Source of the DNA: Lepidodermella squamata
Lineage: Eukaryota > Animalia > Gastrotricha
Assembly (NCBI GenBank): GCA_047495785.1
Contig: JBLDXI010000049.1
Location: forward strand, 62,001 to 126,000
Length of the DNA stretch: 64,000 nt
Direction of reading: 5' to 3'
A model generated the notes under the pieces. The model saw only the letters and a list, made by a program, of their open reading frames with translations. It was not told the DNA's origin and made no database searches. The translations under genes and the position numbers were made by a program. This document shows, one piece after another, positions 13,061 through 26,828 of the stretch. The stretch's first letter is position 1. Every line of letters begins with the position of its first letter.

Positions 13061-16000
13061 ATGAAAGTTATTTTAACGATATTTGCCGCGTTATTGGCGG
13101 CCGCTGATCTGGTGCAATGTGGCGAATGGGTTCGATGCTTCTCGCAATTCGATGACAAATTCACAGATTGCCGCGAATTGCCCAATGGCTGTCAGCGAAT
13201 ACGCGAGTATCAAGTATAAGTCGTTGAGCCAATTTTCTTAAATAAGAATTTCACATTTTTATCGGCAGCTTGGAAGCAGCCTGTCTGATCCAACTGCATG
13301 TTTGAGAGCGGTAGAAATTATTGGCAAATAATTTTTAAGTTTAATTTTTAAATTTATTCTCAGACTGCTAGGCTGTGCTACAGATTCGATAGTTATGCAG
13401 CTACTTGCCGACCGGGAAGTCCTGGCTGTGGAAAAACAACCGAAATCATGGTTAGTGACAATTATTTCCATTTTTAATATTTAAAATTTAAGAATAATTC
13501 ATGACATTTTTTATTTTTTTACGTTCTAGATTGGCAATACCTACAACGGCGCTTACCCGTTTAGGACTAATTTGGCAAGTTGTACTACGGAGCAAAATTC
13601 ATTTCCGGTAAAATTGATTCAACTCGGATTTTCGAAAAAGGAATAATATCATTATTTGTAACAGGCTCGTAAATTCGATATGTGCTTTGATGGCGCTAAC
13701 AAATTTGTCACATGTACCCCAAGCGAACTGTCGTGTCCAACTAATTCGGTGAGAATGTCAATCAATGATCTATTGCCTGTTAATCTGCTGTGAATCTAGT
13801 CGAAACCTCAATCGCCGGGATCCTCATTCACCAGTTTGGAGGCATGCCTTCGAAGTATCAGCAGTGAGTTGATCAAAATGAGACAGCATTTTTATGCTTC
13901 GATTTTTTTCCCCTACGATTTTTACGTTTGGCATACGGTGGTCGATTTTCCGAATAGTTTTTTCATTTGGCAGAAAATTAAAAAATTCGGCCGTGAAAGG
14001 GTTAAGAAATTTCTGATGCGTTTACTAGCCAAGGTCCGGTAAATGCATTACAGAGTGTCCCATAAGTAGCGCAACCATTTTGTAATTTTGAAATTTTTTC
14101 AAGGAAACTAAATCCAATTCGTTGAAATTAAGCCCACTGGGCTATTAGGTTTTTTGTAGCTATTTTTAGCTCGTTCAAAGTATTATCACCCTGTCTACTA
14201 TCACCTTCTCTCGGAATTTTGCCGCGTAAAATAAAAAATTTTACCGTCCTGAAAGACTCTTGAAATGGCGATTTTTCGTAAAAGTGACCAACTTTGAGAT
14301 AATTTTAAAAAAGTTAGAAAAAAACCGTCTCATGAGACGGGACTCATTTGATAGAAGAGCGCTTCTAGTATTCCGGTAAATTTGTATGAAATTTGTGGGA
14401 AATGAAAGATTTTCTCTGGGAATTTTAGAAAATAATTAAAAATCGGAAAAATTACAATGGGCGGATAGGGCGATGAATGAATAAAAATGATAGTCGCCTG
14501 CCCACTTTTTCACATTTTGGTGTGAATTTATTTACTATAGGAAGATCGCTAGTTTCCGATCTGTATAGAGTTGTCTATGTGGATGAACATAAACTATTTT
14601 TCCAAAAATATTCAAATTTCTTCCGGGTGGGCTAACCGTGGCAGAAGAATCGCAAAAATCGCCAATTATAGCCCTTTGATGTGTCCTTAGCTAGAGGGCG
14701 GCTTCTAGTATTTATTAGCAGTAAATAAACATTTCGACTGGGAAACATAGAGAAACGATTTTGAAATTAGGTAATCACATGTAAGTCGGCTAAAAAGTGA
14801 CCTACAATGTTGTCGCGTGCCGCGCTTTCTGCAATTTCAGCTCGAATAAATTATTATTTCTCCTCACTCTATCCTATAGCGAACCATAGTAATTGCCATT
14901 CTTGACATGGGAACTTTTATCTGTTTCAGGCGATCGTACCGACGCTGTCAAGCCGCACATCCGTTGCTTCAACGCTGCTACCCGGGAATTCACTGGTTGC
15001 CGATTAAACAGCTCCCGCTGCCTAGCCAATGAAACCGAGGAATTTTCAACTGGGGTCTACCGAAACAGAGCCAACTGCCTATCATGGGTAATTCAACCTT
15101 ATTTTCCTTTCTTGCAGTGAGTTCTGAGATGTTCATTGGCTCGCAAAAATTGAGGTTCCAGCTCCTAATTCGAGCACTCTAAATCCTAGATTCATTTCAA
15201 GATGTTTCCGTTCACGATCAATGAACATGGCTCCCAAGACCCAAGTTAGGCTTGAGGATCGAAAACTGAGGACCAGGAGAAACTGGAACCCGTAAAATTT
15301 GGGGTTAACTCAGTGCAGTAGTCTTAATTTCTCGGAAATTTATGACATTTTGTAATGATAAGAACTTTTTCAGTATGCTGTTCAATGCGACACCCAAAAT
15401 GGCAAAAAATGCTACAACACCTGCCCGAATGGCTCAACAATGGTAAGCTACAATGCTGCTACATAAAAATGCTCGATTTTTCACTTGCTTCCAAAATAGG
15501 TGAAGATGTATTCGAACGCGACGAAATTTGCCGAAAATTACGCAAGCTGCTTAGCTGACTTGAAACCAGCGAAATCCTACTTCCTCGAGCAAACCTCCGA
15601 CACTTTCCTTAAGCAGATACAAAATTGCAAAGCTAAAGGCGGGCGGCTGGCGACGTTCTCCTCGCAGGCTGATCTAGATGCCGCTTGGCAGTTGACTATC
15701 AATCACACCTTTGGCGATGAACGTAGATATATCGGACTCTTCGCTGATTTTACATGGGAGGATGGCAGCCTGGTTGAGGCCGATTCGCCATTTTGGAGCA
15801 GCCCTTATATGGCCTTTCAAGACTTGGGCGAATGTAAGTTGTAAGGCTCGCCCCGGGCCCATCGCAGTTTGGTACTGCCCTAAGGTCCCAGTGTTGGGCG
15901 ACATTTATTTAATTTTTTTCTGCATCAATTCTTTTCAATAGAGAGATCATTGCCTGCTTCATTTTTGTGTAAAAACCAGATAGAGCAATTATTCAGATTT

Positions 16001-18156
16001 ACTCAACTACGGTCTCAGTCATCCAGCTTATGTTCTGCTTACATTTTCGCGGGGTTTAAATTTGTGAGGATCTGAAATTCGCGGTCCCTTCATCCCTTCA
16101 TACCGCGACAATTAATGGACCATGAAAATAAAGGGGCTTTATAGTATTCCCGAAGAATGTTAACACATCTTGAGACTGCTTTTCTCCTCGGTATCAACTT
16201 GAAACTCGGAACTACGCAGCTAAGAGTGCAAGAATACCTTAGCGATGGATAAACATGGACACTTTAGCTTTGCGGGTGAATAGTTTTGTAATGTCGTACG
16301 ATAGAAACCAGTCTGTTGCGCGAAATTCCTGTCCCTTGAGCTTTCGAATGGTCCGAAAATGATTGAAACAATAGGGCAAGGTTACCTAAATCTGCATAAA
16401 AAATTTCCACTTTTTCAAACGATTGTCATTCCATAACCATGAGGTTCTCCGGGCTCATATTGACCATAAACAGTCAGAACCCATTCCAGTAAGCTCACAA
16501 AATCTCAACCAATTCCTCACCGTTAGGGAGCCATCGTTGGTGAAAGTCAAAAAAGGCAAAAGTTTAAAATCGCTTGAGGGTACCATTAATCTGTATAAAA
16601 GCTTCACTTCATGGTTATGGAATGGCAAGCGTTTTAAAAAAATGGACATTTTTTATGCAGATTTAGGTAACCTTACCCTAATTGACTTTTTAGAAATTGT
16701 TATAAGAAAGGTAACTCAAATGAAGTAACTCTTATATCCCAAACATTATGATTATTTTGCGACGGGAATTGGGCTGGGTATTCTAAGAGGGTTCCTCTCT
16801 CCGTTATAGAAAGAAAAATGAAGATCCAATGATTGGTTTTTGCAAGGCATCCACCTGAAGTTCAGGTGAAAATCAGGCAGTTTAGTACTGGTAATGAGCA
16901 AAAATGTCTTTTTCTCATCTTCTTCGGGAAACAGATTATGCCTTAAAAACAAACTTCAACTACCTAATCCGACGTTTTCCCACAACTTGAGTCAACAGAA
17001 GCGACTCCTTCCCAAGTGGTACTAACAGTACTTCCTAAGCGATCCCAACGCACGGTTCTGACGCGCGAATGATGACCGGTTTTAGCTAATGCCGAGGTCT
17101 TAACTTTAATTCACGTAATTTGTTTTGCCGCCCCTCTTTACTAATTGAACAAAAGATGAGGAAAAATGCTCAAGGCTGCGCATTGGACCCAGCAAACCAG
17201 AGGTTGCTTTTATACTCGAACGAAGCGAGCTTTAGCTAACGGTATTTCACATGAATTTTTGCTGAAAATAGTCTAGAATTGACTAATTTTCGCGTTATGA
17301 TCGAAGGTAACGGGGTAGTCGGCCGCATTCCAGCCATCATTCGAGAAAAGCTTCCCGGCCGCGATGAACTGCCCTGCCGGCCGCATGCGGCCGCAAAATA
17401 CGAGTTTGCGGAAAATGTCGTAGGCTATCATAGAATTTCAGCCTATCTCAGATTGGGCAGGTTTTCGTAGAATAATTCTGTGTCACATTAAGTCTAACCA
17501 GGATGATGGCGGATGATTCTGAAACATTCTGTCTTAAATGCGCAGGTTTGTTTCTGACGCAATTCGGAATTGAGGAGAACAGATGTTCGACTTTGGCGAA
17601 AGGTCTTTGCGCTGACTCAGTAAGTTCGCATCATTCATTATAACTCAAGATATTCTTATTTCACGCATGCTTTTCACTTTAGCAATTGCCGGAATTAGTA
17701 AGTATGAATTCATTTGAAGTCATGAAAGGTTACATTGATTTGTTCTAGACGTTACCTCACTTAGGGCTAACATCAGCAGAAGACGTTAGGTTGAACGCGT
17801 CAAAAGCGTGCCAGGACAGCGGAAGGTCACTGGTGAAGATTGCAGACGCGATTACCTACAACTCTTCATATGCATTACTGTCTCAAGCAAACAATAGAAC
17901 TTACATCGGCGGGGTTCGCAGAAGCCTGACCGCCTATCATTGGTTCTCCGGCGAACCGTTCAGCAACTCGCAATTCGATTTTCAAGCTAGAGACCTTGAG
18001 GATGCATACAGACTGCACTGTAAGACGTTTAAATTTTCAGTCATTCGTTATTTCAATACTGGAGTTCTTTTTTCAGGTGCCGTCCTCCTCGATGCCAAAC
18101 TTTACCGGAGCCCCTGCGGTTTCTTCTTTACCGCGATGTGCGAGCGCGATTTTTAG
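13061..18156 (+). CDS. Secreted protein: five 4-Cys modules + two C-type-lectin-like domains (about 13 exons)
   Basis: Signal peptide MKVILTIFAALLAAADLVQC and phase-compatible GT-AG exons. CTLD1: NCKAKGGRLATF..RYIGL..FTWEDGS. CTLD2: ACQDSGRSLVKI..TYIGG..YHWFSGEP..CAVL..SPC..AMCE*. Linkage across the long introns (13864-14929, 15834-17306) is inferred. Confidence 0.7.
16374..16678. mobile_element. MITE with long TIRs and TA flanks
   Basis: gggcaaggttacctaaatctgcataaaaaat...ccataaccatga is inverted against tcatggttatgg...ttttttatgcagatttaggtaaccttaccc. TA on both sides. Confidence 0.75.
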
Positions 18157-19268
18157 GAGGATGATATACTGAGCGGTTCCGCGCCGTCGGCAAGAACCAG
18201 GATGGCTTGGGTTGATTCTGTCAAGATGTCATGAACTTGTAATCACACAATGACAGTCATATTCAAAGATTATTATTGTAAACCAGCGCTTTCTCTCAGG
18301 GCCTGAAATCTGTGAGTGATCTGCGGTTGAAACGTCTTAATTACTCTCCTGACTGCCCAAGTTGACAACACATACATTTATTCCTGTATCAACCAATAAA
18401 ATTATTTCCAGGCCAATTGATGATACTGTGGTCCGAAGATGCTCTTTATTTGCTTTGCCGTTTGATTATGGGCTTGAACATCGATCGTACTTGGGTTGTA
18501 CCTTGGCTCGCCACAAAAGCTAAAGATACAAGAACGATATGAGGCCTAGGAGAGGATAACCTCTGCCTCAAGAAATCCTTAAATGCGTGATCCCTCAAAT
18601 CAATGTTTCGATTGGTTCAAGGCTTTTTTGGACATTTGTCATAATTCTCCTATACTGTGGTCACCTTTAGTATTACTCACAGTTTGGAACTAAGGCAATT
18701 CTACTGGAAAACTGAAAGTTTTAAGGTTCAGGCGGATACTCTGAGCGTCTTCGATCTGAATGTAGACATTTTTGCTGTCTAATTTTCAAAAATTATGTGA
18801 AATTTTTCCAAGGAATGGACACCTACTCACCATTTCTTACAATTTCTAATTTTTTGTTCCGCTGTTGTGCTCGCTCTAACGAAAATATGTCGCCGGAAAT
18901 GGGTTAGTTTACATACTACAATTAGGCATACAATTACCACCCTATCAATCGTAAAAACACCCGATTCATGAAAATACTGAATTAAGATGTAGCGAATGGC
19001 GTATGATGTCACCTTTTTGACAAAATAATACTGGAAGTTGTGAAAATTCAACGACTCAATGAAATAAGCCCTACTTTTTATATCCCTAATCAAATCAATC
19101 TGATTGATAGCTGCAGACATTCCCCGGAAAATTGCCACCCCCAATTATCGTCGGTCGCACACTTTTATCATATCGATTTTTCCAACGCATGCTAACACGG
19201 AAACACTATACACGCCTTATTTAAGTGAAATGCAGACAAGCATATATAATCCTATCTAGTTTTTGAAA

Positions 19269-20572
19269 ATGATGAAGGCTATATTCTGCAAGGTAGGACA
19301 GGCTTTTGTCTTAACCCCGATTTTATGTACTGTTTTTTGCATTAAGGTGTGCCAAGAGCCGGTCCCGCGACGCAAAAGATTCCACCCTTCAATTTGCGAG
19401 GCTTGCCGCAAATTTTTCAGCCGAACTTGCCAACGCGGGATTGACTGCCTGAAATGCACGTCTGAGAACTCGCCCGGGCAGTGCCATGACTTCAAAAAGC
19501 GAAACTACTGCCCGAAATGCCGCTTCGAGCGATGTTTATCCGCGGGTATGCAATGCAAGCATTTGAAGAGTCAGGGAAGTTTTTCAAGCGTGGAGGCCGC
19601 TTCACCGAAAGAAGGAAATTCAAACGGCTCGCCAATGTCGAAAACGCTGCTGGAAGAAGGCGCTGAAAACAAAATGTCACCGCCAAGTGAAGACGGAGCA
19701 GCTTTTAATTTAAAGGCAATGTCAGCAATGCTCACGCAGCCAACCCTTTTCGACGGCGATATGATAGAGGATCTCGTTCGTAACTCAATCAGCGCATTCA
19801 CTTATCTCCATAATCTTGAATTCGTGAGGATTGCTAGTTTATAAAACCATGCCGTGATTTTTCCTTTGTTTTAGCTTGTTTTGAAACGGAACCCGAAACC
19901 TTTAGCTGATTTGGAAGCTTTTCGTGAAATGTCGGCTCTACACGCTCATGGAATGATAGCTGTTGTTAATGAGTATGGACAACAATTCAAGGACGATTAT
20001 GGCTTTTTGCCAGAACATCACGTTATGGCTCTCAGTACAGCTTCGTTTGCAGCGATAAATACTGTTTTCCCTTCAACGGCCGGATCTCAGGCGTCAGCTT
20101 TCATCGGCTTGAGCGAGGAGTCTCGCGCTAAGGTCCTAGAGTGGTTCCCTGAGTTTCGAATCACGGATGATTTATGCCATCAACTGGCTCATTTGTTTTC
20201 AATTTGGAAGCCATCGTTACCGGAATGCTGCATTTTTATGGCAGTTTTGTACTTTACAGGTTATTTTCTTGAAAAATAGCCTAATTTTGCCTAATCTTCG
20301 ACTTTTGCGTAGGGAGAACGGGCAGCGATCGTTTTGAGCGGTTCTGTGACAGGCTCAAGCTGGCATTTAGCCTGTATACGTCCACGATGACAAGCGGAAA
20401 TCTTGCGCTGATTGATCAGCGTTGGCGTTATTTTAGCTTGGCGCTGCAGTTGGCGAGACAGGTGGCACTGCAGACGCAACAAGGTGTGACACAGCTGTCG
20501 CGGGAGACTCCGATATTCGCTCAAATTAAACGGATTCTCAATCAGGACCTTGAATGCGAGGAGGGTGTCTGA
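19269..20572 (+). CDS. Divergent nuclear receptor NR-b
   Basis: MMKAIFCK|VCQEPVPRRKRFHPSICEACRKFFSR...CPKCRFERCLSAGM (intron 19293-19346), then QPTLFDGDMIEDLVRNSI and WKPSLPECCIFMAVLYF. Confidence 0.85.
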
Positions 20573-21344
20573 GTTCACTAATCGATTGAGAAGTAAATAA
20601 ACTGATCAGCGGAATTTCTGACAAAACTAGCCGTATCTCTTTTTACAATCCCTGACAAGTCGCTAAAAGTTAAAAAATGAGTAAAATGAGTTGCTAAAGA
20701 TATAACTCCAAAATCCAGCTGAATCTGATTATGAAGATAGTGAAATCTAGACTGCGGGTTGAAATTTATGTGAAAGGTATCAGAAATGTTGAGATCACCG
20801 CAGTAGCAGTCTGATCTATCTGAAAGACATCTAACCGTGAAGACACCAGGCAACTGCTGTCATTATGCCGCATGTTGGTATGTTGAAGCTGTTTGCAGAT
20901 GGTGAATTTGAATGCAAAGAACAAGAAAGGGCATCATCACTTCGCTGCCTATTCTCGAGCTTTTTGCAACTGCTTAACGCATTCCGAATAAAGTACTTCA
21001 AACATTGCCAGATATTCTCGAATCGAATCATGATTTAGGTTAAAGCAAACTTTTTCGAAGTTGCTTGAACTATCGGGAAGTCTTTTCCAATATACTTACT
21101 ACACTTGTGCTTGTCCGCATCTGAACTGCGTAAATATCAACCTCTCATTTCAAAGATATAAACAATAAAGGACAGCATTGTTGATGTTGTTTTCTCCTCA
21201 AAGTATTAGTTCTAATTGCGGATATTATAGCAATTGTTTACGCGTAAGATGAAGGCTATTACTGATCTATAAAGAAGTAAACAAATCTAACAACGGACTG
21301 ATTGCAGGCTATCCTTGCCTCTCCTGCATGACATTTCGTCGGGA

Positions 21345-24052
21345 ATGGCTTCTGATCCCGAAAATCTCATAACTGCTGTCAAAGTTGGCCTTTTGAGGCG
21401 GACGATCGACAAAGTTAAACTTTTCCCTCGTTTGCAAATTGCCGCATTAAAAAGGTTTATTTGGCATTTTCATCAGTTTTCTTTGAATTTTCTCCTGTTT
21501 AGAGCCTCGCTCGATGCCGCGAAGAGACTTCACAAATGGCCGCAAGAAGTTGCTATCAATATTCACCGGTTTGAGGAAAAATTGAGGAATTTTATTCATG
21601 TCAACAAATTTGCTAACAGATTCGTATTCGAAGCGACTTTGGATCAAGATACTCCTATTTACTACTACTGGCTAGTTGCTACATCAATCGCATTCTGCTA
21701 CAACCTTATTTTCACCCCACTTCGAGCGTCATTTGTTGATTTCAACATGGATCACATAAAAATTGTTTGTTTTCACGGCTGTGAACTGCTTCTATTCATA
21801 AATTATTTTAATTTCAGTGGCTGCCGATTGATTACGCTTGCGACGCTGTTTACCTCATCGACATGCTCTTGCGATCGAGAAAGCGCTACTATCAACAAGG
21901 CTTACAAGTCTATGACTTGAAGCTACTGCGGAGACGGTATTTTCGAAGTTGGGAGTTCGTTATCGACGTAATTAGCATTCTACCAACCGATCTCATCTAC
22001 ATCCCATTCGGGCTTGAATACGTCATCTGTAGGATGAACCGGCTCTTCAAAGTCAGTCGTTTTTCTGAAATGAACGATCGTGTCGAGTCAACAGCTGCTT
22101 TTCCCAACGCCTTTAGATTCTGGTTAGAGACGGTTGAAAAGCTTAAAGTTGAAAGCATTGTCCTTCGATTTATTTTGAAGGAACACAGTATTCTACACTC
22201 TGATATGCATCCTCTATTCGACGGTCTTTTATCACTCATATTCCAAGGCGTTAGGCTGGGGCAAATCACCTGAAGACTTTCCACTAGCGAAGGAATATTC
22301 TGAACTCCCATTCTACAACCGGTATTGAAATGCATTCAAATAATATGGCATGAATCATATTATTGTTTTATGTATCAGCTTTGTGAAATGTCTCTTTTGG
22401 GGAGCGATGATGATCACTTTCATTGGCGAACAGCCGATGCCTCAAACCCCTGTTCAATACATCATCGAAGTGCTCATCTACATTCTTGGTCTATCTCTTT
22501 TCGGATTTATTGGTAAGGCAGAACGTAGATGAGTAGCAGTTAATTAATTGCCTGGTGCTTAGTCGGCAGAATTGGCGAAATAATTGATAATTTGAGCGTT
22601 AACGAAGACGCATTCAACCGCCAGCTGGACGATGTTCGTGATTACATGCAAAATTCACATGTTCCAAAAGATTGTTACACAAAGGTATGGCAATTAACTC
22701 ATAATTAATATATTATTTTTTTTACGAATTTCATTCCCGAAGGTCGTGAATTGGTTTTGCTATGCCTATGAAAACAACGTTCTTGGAACTGCTAACAAGG
22801 CCCTGAAACCACTTCCAGATCGTTTGAAAGCTGGTGAGTTAGCCTGAAATCCCACCATTAAGATGATATGCTGTCTTTATCGCAGAAATCGCAAAGGACT
22901 TGCACCTTGAATCATTGAAAAAAGTTGCTCTCTTCGCCGACTTGGATAACACTCTTCTAATTGAGCTGGTGGGCCGCCTTAAACTTCAAGTCTTCAGCCC
23001 ACAAGATTACGTCTGCAAGAAAGGTAAAGAGTCTAGTAAATCCACTGAAGGATTTACTATTCTTTGCTTTTTACAGGCGACATTGGGAAGGAGATGTACA
23101 TAGTGAAATTAGGATCTCTCGAGGTTGTTTCAGATGACGGGAAGAAGGTTTTTGTAACCCTCGGGCAAGGCGTTGTGTTCGGCGAGATCAGCCTGCTGAG
23201 CATTCCTGGGAGCAGGACAGGAAATAGACGAACGGCCAATGTTCGAAGCAAAGGTGAGGTCATTCAATTCATCCGATCTTCTTCTAATTTTTCTCATGAA
23301 GGGTACTCAAATTTGTTTTCTTTATCGAAAGAGGACCTATACGACGTACTTGAGGATTATCCAGGTGCAATGCAAAAACTGGTTGATAAGGGTAAACAAG
23401 TTCCTCAGTTACTGATAGCCTTGAGATAATCCGGATGATAGGTACTGAGATTCTTCGAAAGGAAAATAAGCTGGACGAAGAGGCTATTGTGAGGAAAGAC
23501 GCGGAGGAGGCGGCATTTAAAGCTCTCGTCGACCGGCTGACCAAATCGATTGAAAGGACGGAGGATTCTATTGCTTATCTGACTGCGACGATGCGATACA
23601 ATCGCGAAATGGCTTATAAGAGAGTTGAAAGGCTCGAGATTTTAATGAAAAAGAGATCGCTACTTCCAAGTGACGAGAGCGAAGAGGCTGGACCCTCAAT
23701 TCAAGATGAAATGAGTGACGAAACTCGAGACAAAGCGCCAGAAGAACCTCTCGCTGAGAATCCCACAGTGGAGCAAGATATAATCGTCGAAAAGCAGGAT
23801 GAAGATGAAAAAGACCAGGCGAAAGAAGTTGCTGTAGATACCGAACCTAGTAAGAGGAAAAAAGTGAGATTTGTTGACGAGGTTCCAATGGGAGAATTTG
23901 TAGAGACGCCAAATGTTCCGACGCCTGATACTCCCAAGACTCCGAATCTGCCATCTTCTGAATGTTCGACTTCACCTTCTATTCCTTCACCAGGGCCTAG
24001 TGTTTCACCTCCAGTCTACAATTTGCCACGAAAGTGGGATAAACTGAATTGA
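21345..24052 (+). CDS. Cyclic-nucleotide-gated channel alpha-like subunit 1
   Basis: S1 YYYWL..YN..PLRASF, S3 [11 protein letters not shown]4 [10 protein letters not shown], pore [16 protein letters not shown]-linker, [48 protein letters not shown], coiled coil, acidic/Pro-rich tail. Confidence 0.92.
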
Positions 24053-24235
24053 TTATTGTCAAGGTTCGTGTTCAAGTCTCTTCATATCGTTATGAGCGAT
24101 GAAAATTGTGCTCTGTGCTTGCCTTAATAAAATGTACGCACCAATTAATTAGATAAAGCAGAATGCACTTTTCAAGTTCATCAGCTTATCCGGACACAAG
24201 AGTCTGTAATGAATTGATAAGAGCCAAAGATCGGG

Positions 24236-24242
24236 TATAAAA
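24236..24242 (+). promoter_or_regulatory. TATA box candidate for CNG subunit 2
   Basis: TATAAAA 55 nt upstream of the ATG at 24291, downstream of the CNG1 AATAAA (about 24126). Confidence 0.4.
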
Positions 24243-24290
24243 AGCCTAAAAAATCATAGGTACAAGGAAGTTGAATCAATTTAATCTATT

Positions 24291-26828
24291 ATGGTCTGCT
24301 CAGCGTTCTGTTCATGCCCGAGCCATAAGAGCTCGGAAAGGAATCTCCTCAAAAGAACCATCGACAAGGTGAAGTTAATTCCAATACTTCGATTGACAGC
24401 TTTTAAATCGTGAGTGCCTTCCTGCTGATTGGGCCGAAATATCTGTTTATTTTCAAGGATCGCTGGAAGATTAAGGAAGAATGCCAACACTCTACCCCAT
24501 CGAATTTTGGCGCGACTTCGCTAGTATGTCTTCAAACTATCAGATGCATTTAACCTTTTCAATTTTTCGACAGCTTAACTTATGAGTATACTGTGGACTA
24601 CTATTCTCCAATCTACTTTTCATGGATGATCGTAACCTCGATCGCTTTCTGCTACAACGCCGTTTTCGTTCCACTCAGAGCATCATTTTCTGATCTTAAT
24701 CAAGAATATCTAGAAATAGCAAGTTTTCATTCATACATTGAACTCTGGAATAACAAATTTTCCTCCTTTTTCAGTGGCTAACTTTGGACTACGTAGCCGA
24801 TGCGACATATTTGATTGAAATGCTGCTTAAAACTCGGAAGCGATACTACCTACAAGGCATTCAAATCTACGACATCAAACTGATAGCGAAACACTACCTG
24901 AAAAGCCGAACCTTCATCATTGACTTGCTTGCAATCCTACCAACAGACCTGATTTACATTCCTTACGGGTTCGATTACGTAATTTGCCGAGTCAATCGAT
25001 TGCTGAAAATGGGCGTCTACAGCGAGATGAACGATCGCGTGGAAACGATTGTGGCGCTACCAAATTTATATCGATTTTGGTAATGATTTTGTGATGAGGT
25101 TCTCAAACAGTAGGTATTATATTTTACTTCGACAGGCAAATCGTGTTTATTACCGTCGTTTGCATCTTGTACAATACTGCTTTCTATCATTCCTATTCTA
25201 AATCGGTTGGCTGGGGAGAAACCGACGATGACTTCGCGTTATCGAAAGAGAAATCGGAACTGCCTTTCCTATCGCGATTCACAAAGTGTCTATTATGGGG
25301 CCACATGATGATAACGTTCATGGGCGAGCAGCCGCTTCCGAAAAAACCCGTGGAATTCATCATAGAAATCAGTGTTTATTTGATGGGAATGTCTTTATTT
25401 GGCTTCATCGGTATGAAATCGACTATTTTACCATGCAGCCACATTCTAAGATTAGCTGTTATAGTTGGAAGGCTTGGTGAGATCATTGATAATCTTAACG
25501 TGAACGACGACGCTTTCAATCGCCAGCTGGATGGAGTCAGATCATACCTCGCATCATCTAAAATTCCAAAGGACGTTTACGCAAAGGTCGTGAAATGGTT
25601 TGTTTACTCCAACGAAAACAATGTGCTTGGCAGTGGAAACAAAGTAAGAAAATTCACAGACAAAAACTTTAATTGAAGTTTTTCTCAATAATTACAGGCC
25701 ATAAAGCCCTTATCCGATCGGATAAAATCAGGTATGTGAGACCAGTTTTGCATAAAAAAGTTGTATTCCTTCAGTTCATGCCGATAGAGCTTGCACAGGA
25801 CCTTCATTTGAACTCATTGAAGAAAGTCCCTCTATTTGCTGACATGGACAACACAGTTCTGATTGAGTTGGTCAGCCGATTTCAACTGCAAGTTTTCAGC
25901 CCTCAGGATTACGTTTGCAAAAAAGGTTGATTCTCACTGATCATCTAATTCATAGCTTGAAACAAGCCCTTCGATAGGTGATATTGGGAAAGAGATGTAC
26001 GTCGTCAAACTTGGATCGCTTGAAGTTGTTTCGGACGATGGTTCCAAGGTTTTCGTTACTCTGGGCCAAGGGACTGTTTTCGGGGAGATTAGTTTGCTGA
26101 GTATCCCTGGAAGCCGAACAGGTAACAGACGTACAGCCAATATTCGCTGCAAAGGTATGAATCCGAATCTAGAACATCCGCTTTCACTTCCATGAACTTT
26201 CAGGCTATACCCATTTGTTCTCACTATCGAAAGAGGACTTATATGATGTTTTGGACGACTATCAAGGCGCTATTCAAAAGATTGTGGACAAGGGAACTCA
26301 AATTTTGAGGCGCGAAAACAAGCTGGACGAAGAGGCTATTCTTAAACAGAATGAAGAAGCTAAAGCCTTCTCTAAAATGGTAATGAAATCTATCTATTAC
26401 GTAATCTCCTTATATATCCCTGTTCTTAATAGGTTGACCGAATCGAACATACTTTGAAAACCACTGAGGATAGTATAGCTTACCTGATAGCTACAATGAA
26501 CTACAACCGAGAACAGGCCTTTCGAAGATTAGAAAGCCTAGAGACTCAGTTGAATCTACCAGAATACACAGACGATTGGCTGGAACGAATGGAGGCGGAA
26601 AAAGCTGCTGGGAAGATTGATAAGGATTCATTGGTAACAAATCAAGAGCCACAGGTAAAGGAGACTCCGACGAAACCAGCGAAGCACGTCAAGTTCGATG
26701 ATGGGGTATCATACATTTCGCCACCGCCGAGAGCGCCGAGCAAATCCTCTCGTGTTTCGTCAAAAACGAGCAGCTCTTCATCGAAAAGCTCGGCGCAAAA
26801 ACAAACAAAGCCAAAAGATTCAAGTTGA
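24291..26828 (+). CDS. Cyclic-nucleotide-gated channel alpha-like subunit 2 (tandem paralogue)
   Basis: Same domain order as subunit 1. Pore [15 protein letters not shown]; [27 protein letters not shown]. Includes a GC-AG intron at 24719-24774. Confidence 0.9.

Noticed and set aside
13988-14070. piggyBac-like end (gaaagggTTAA) and Tc1-like end (TAcagagtgtccc)
   Set aside because: Matching partner termini were not found.
16423-16952. ORFs inside the lectin-gene intron
   Set aside because: One lies largely within a MITE; neither has recognisable motifs.
20578-21031. Minus-strand ORFs downstream of NR-b
   Set aside because: Interrupted by stops, with no recognisable homology.
24052-24291. Possible operon or trans-spliced CNG pair
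   Set aside because: An AATAAA and a TATA box lie in the spacer, favouring independent genes.
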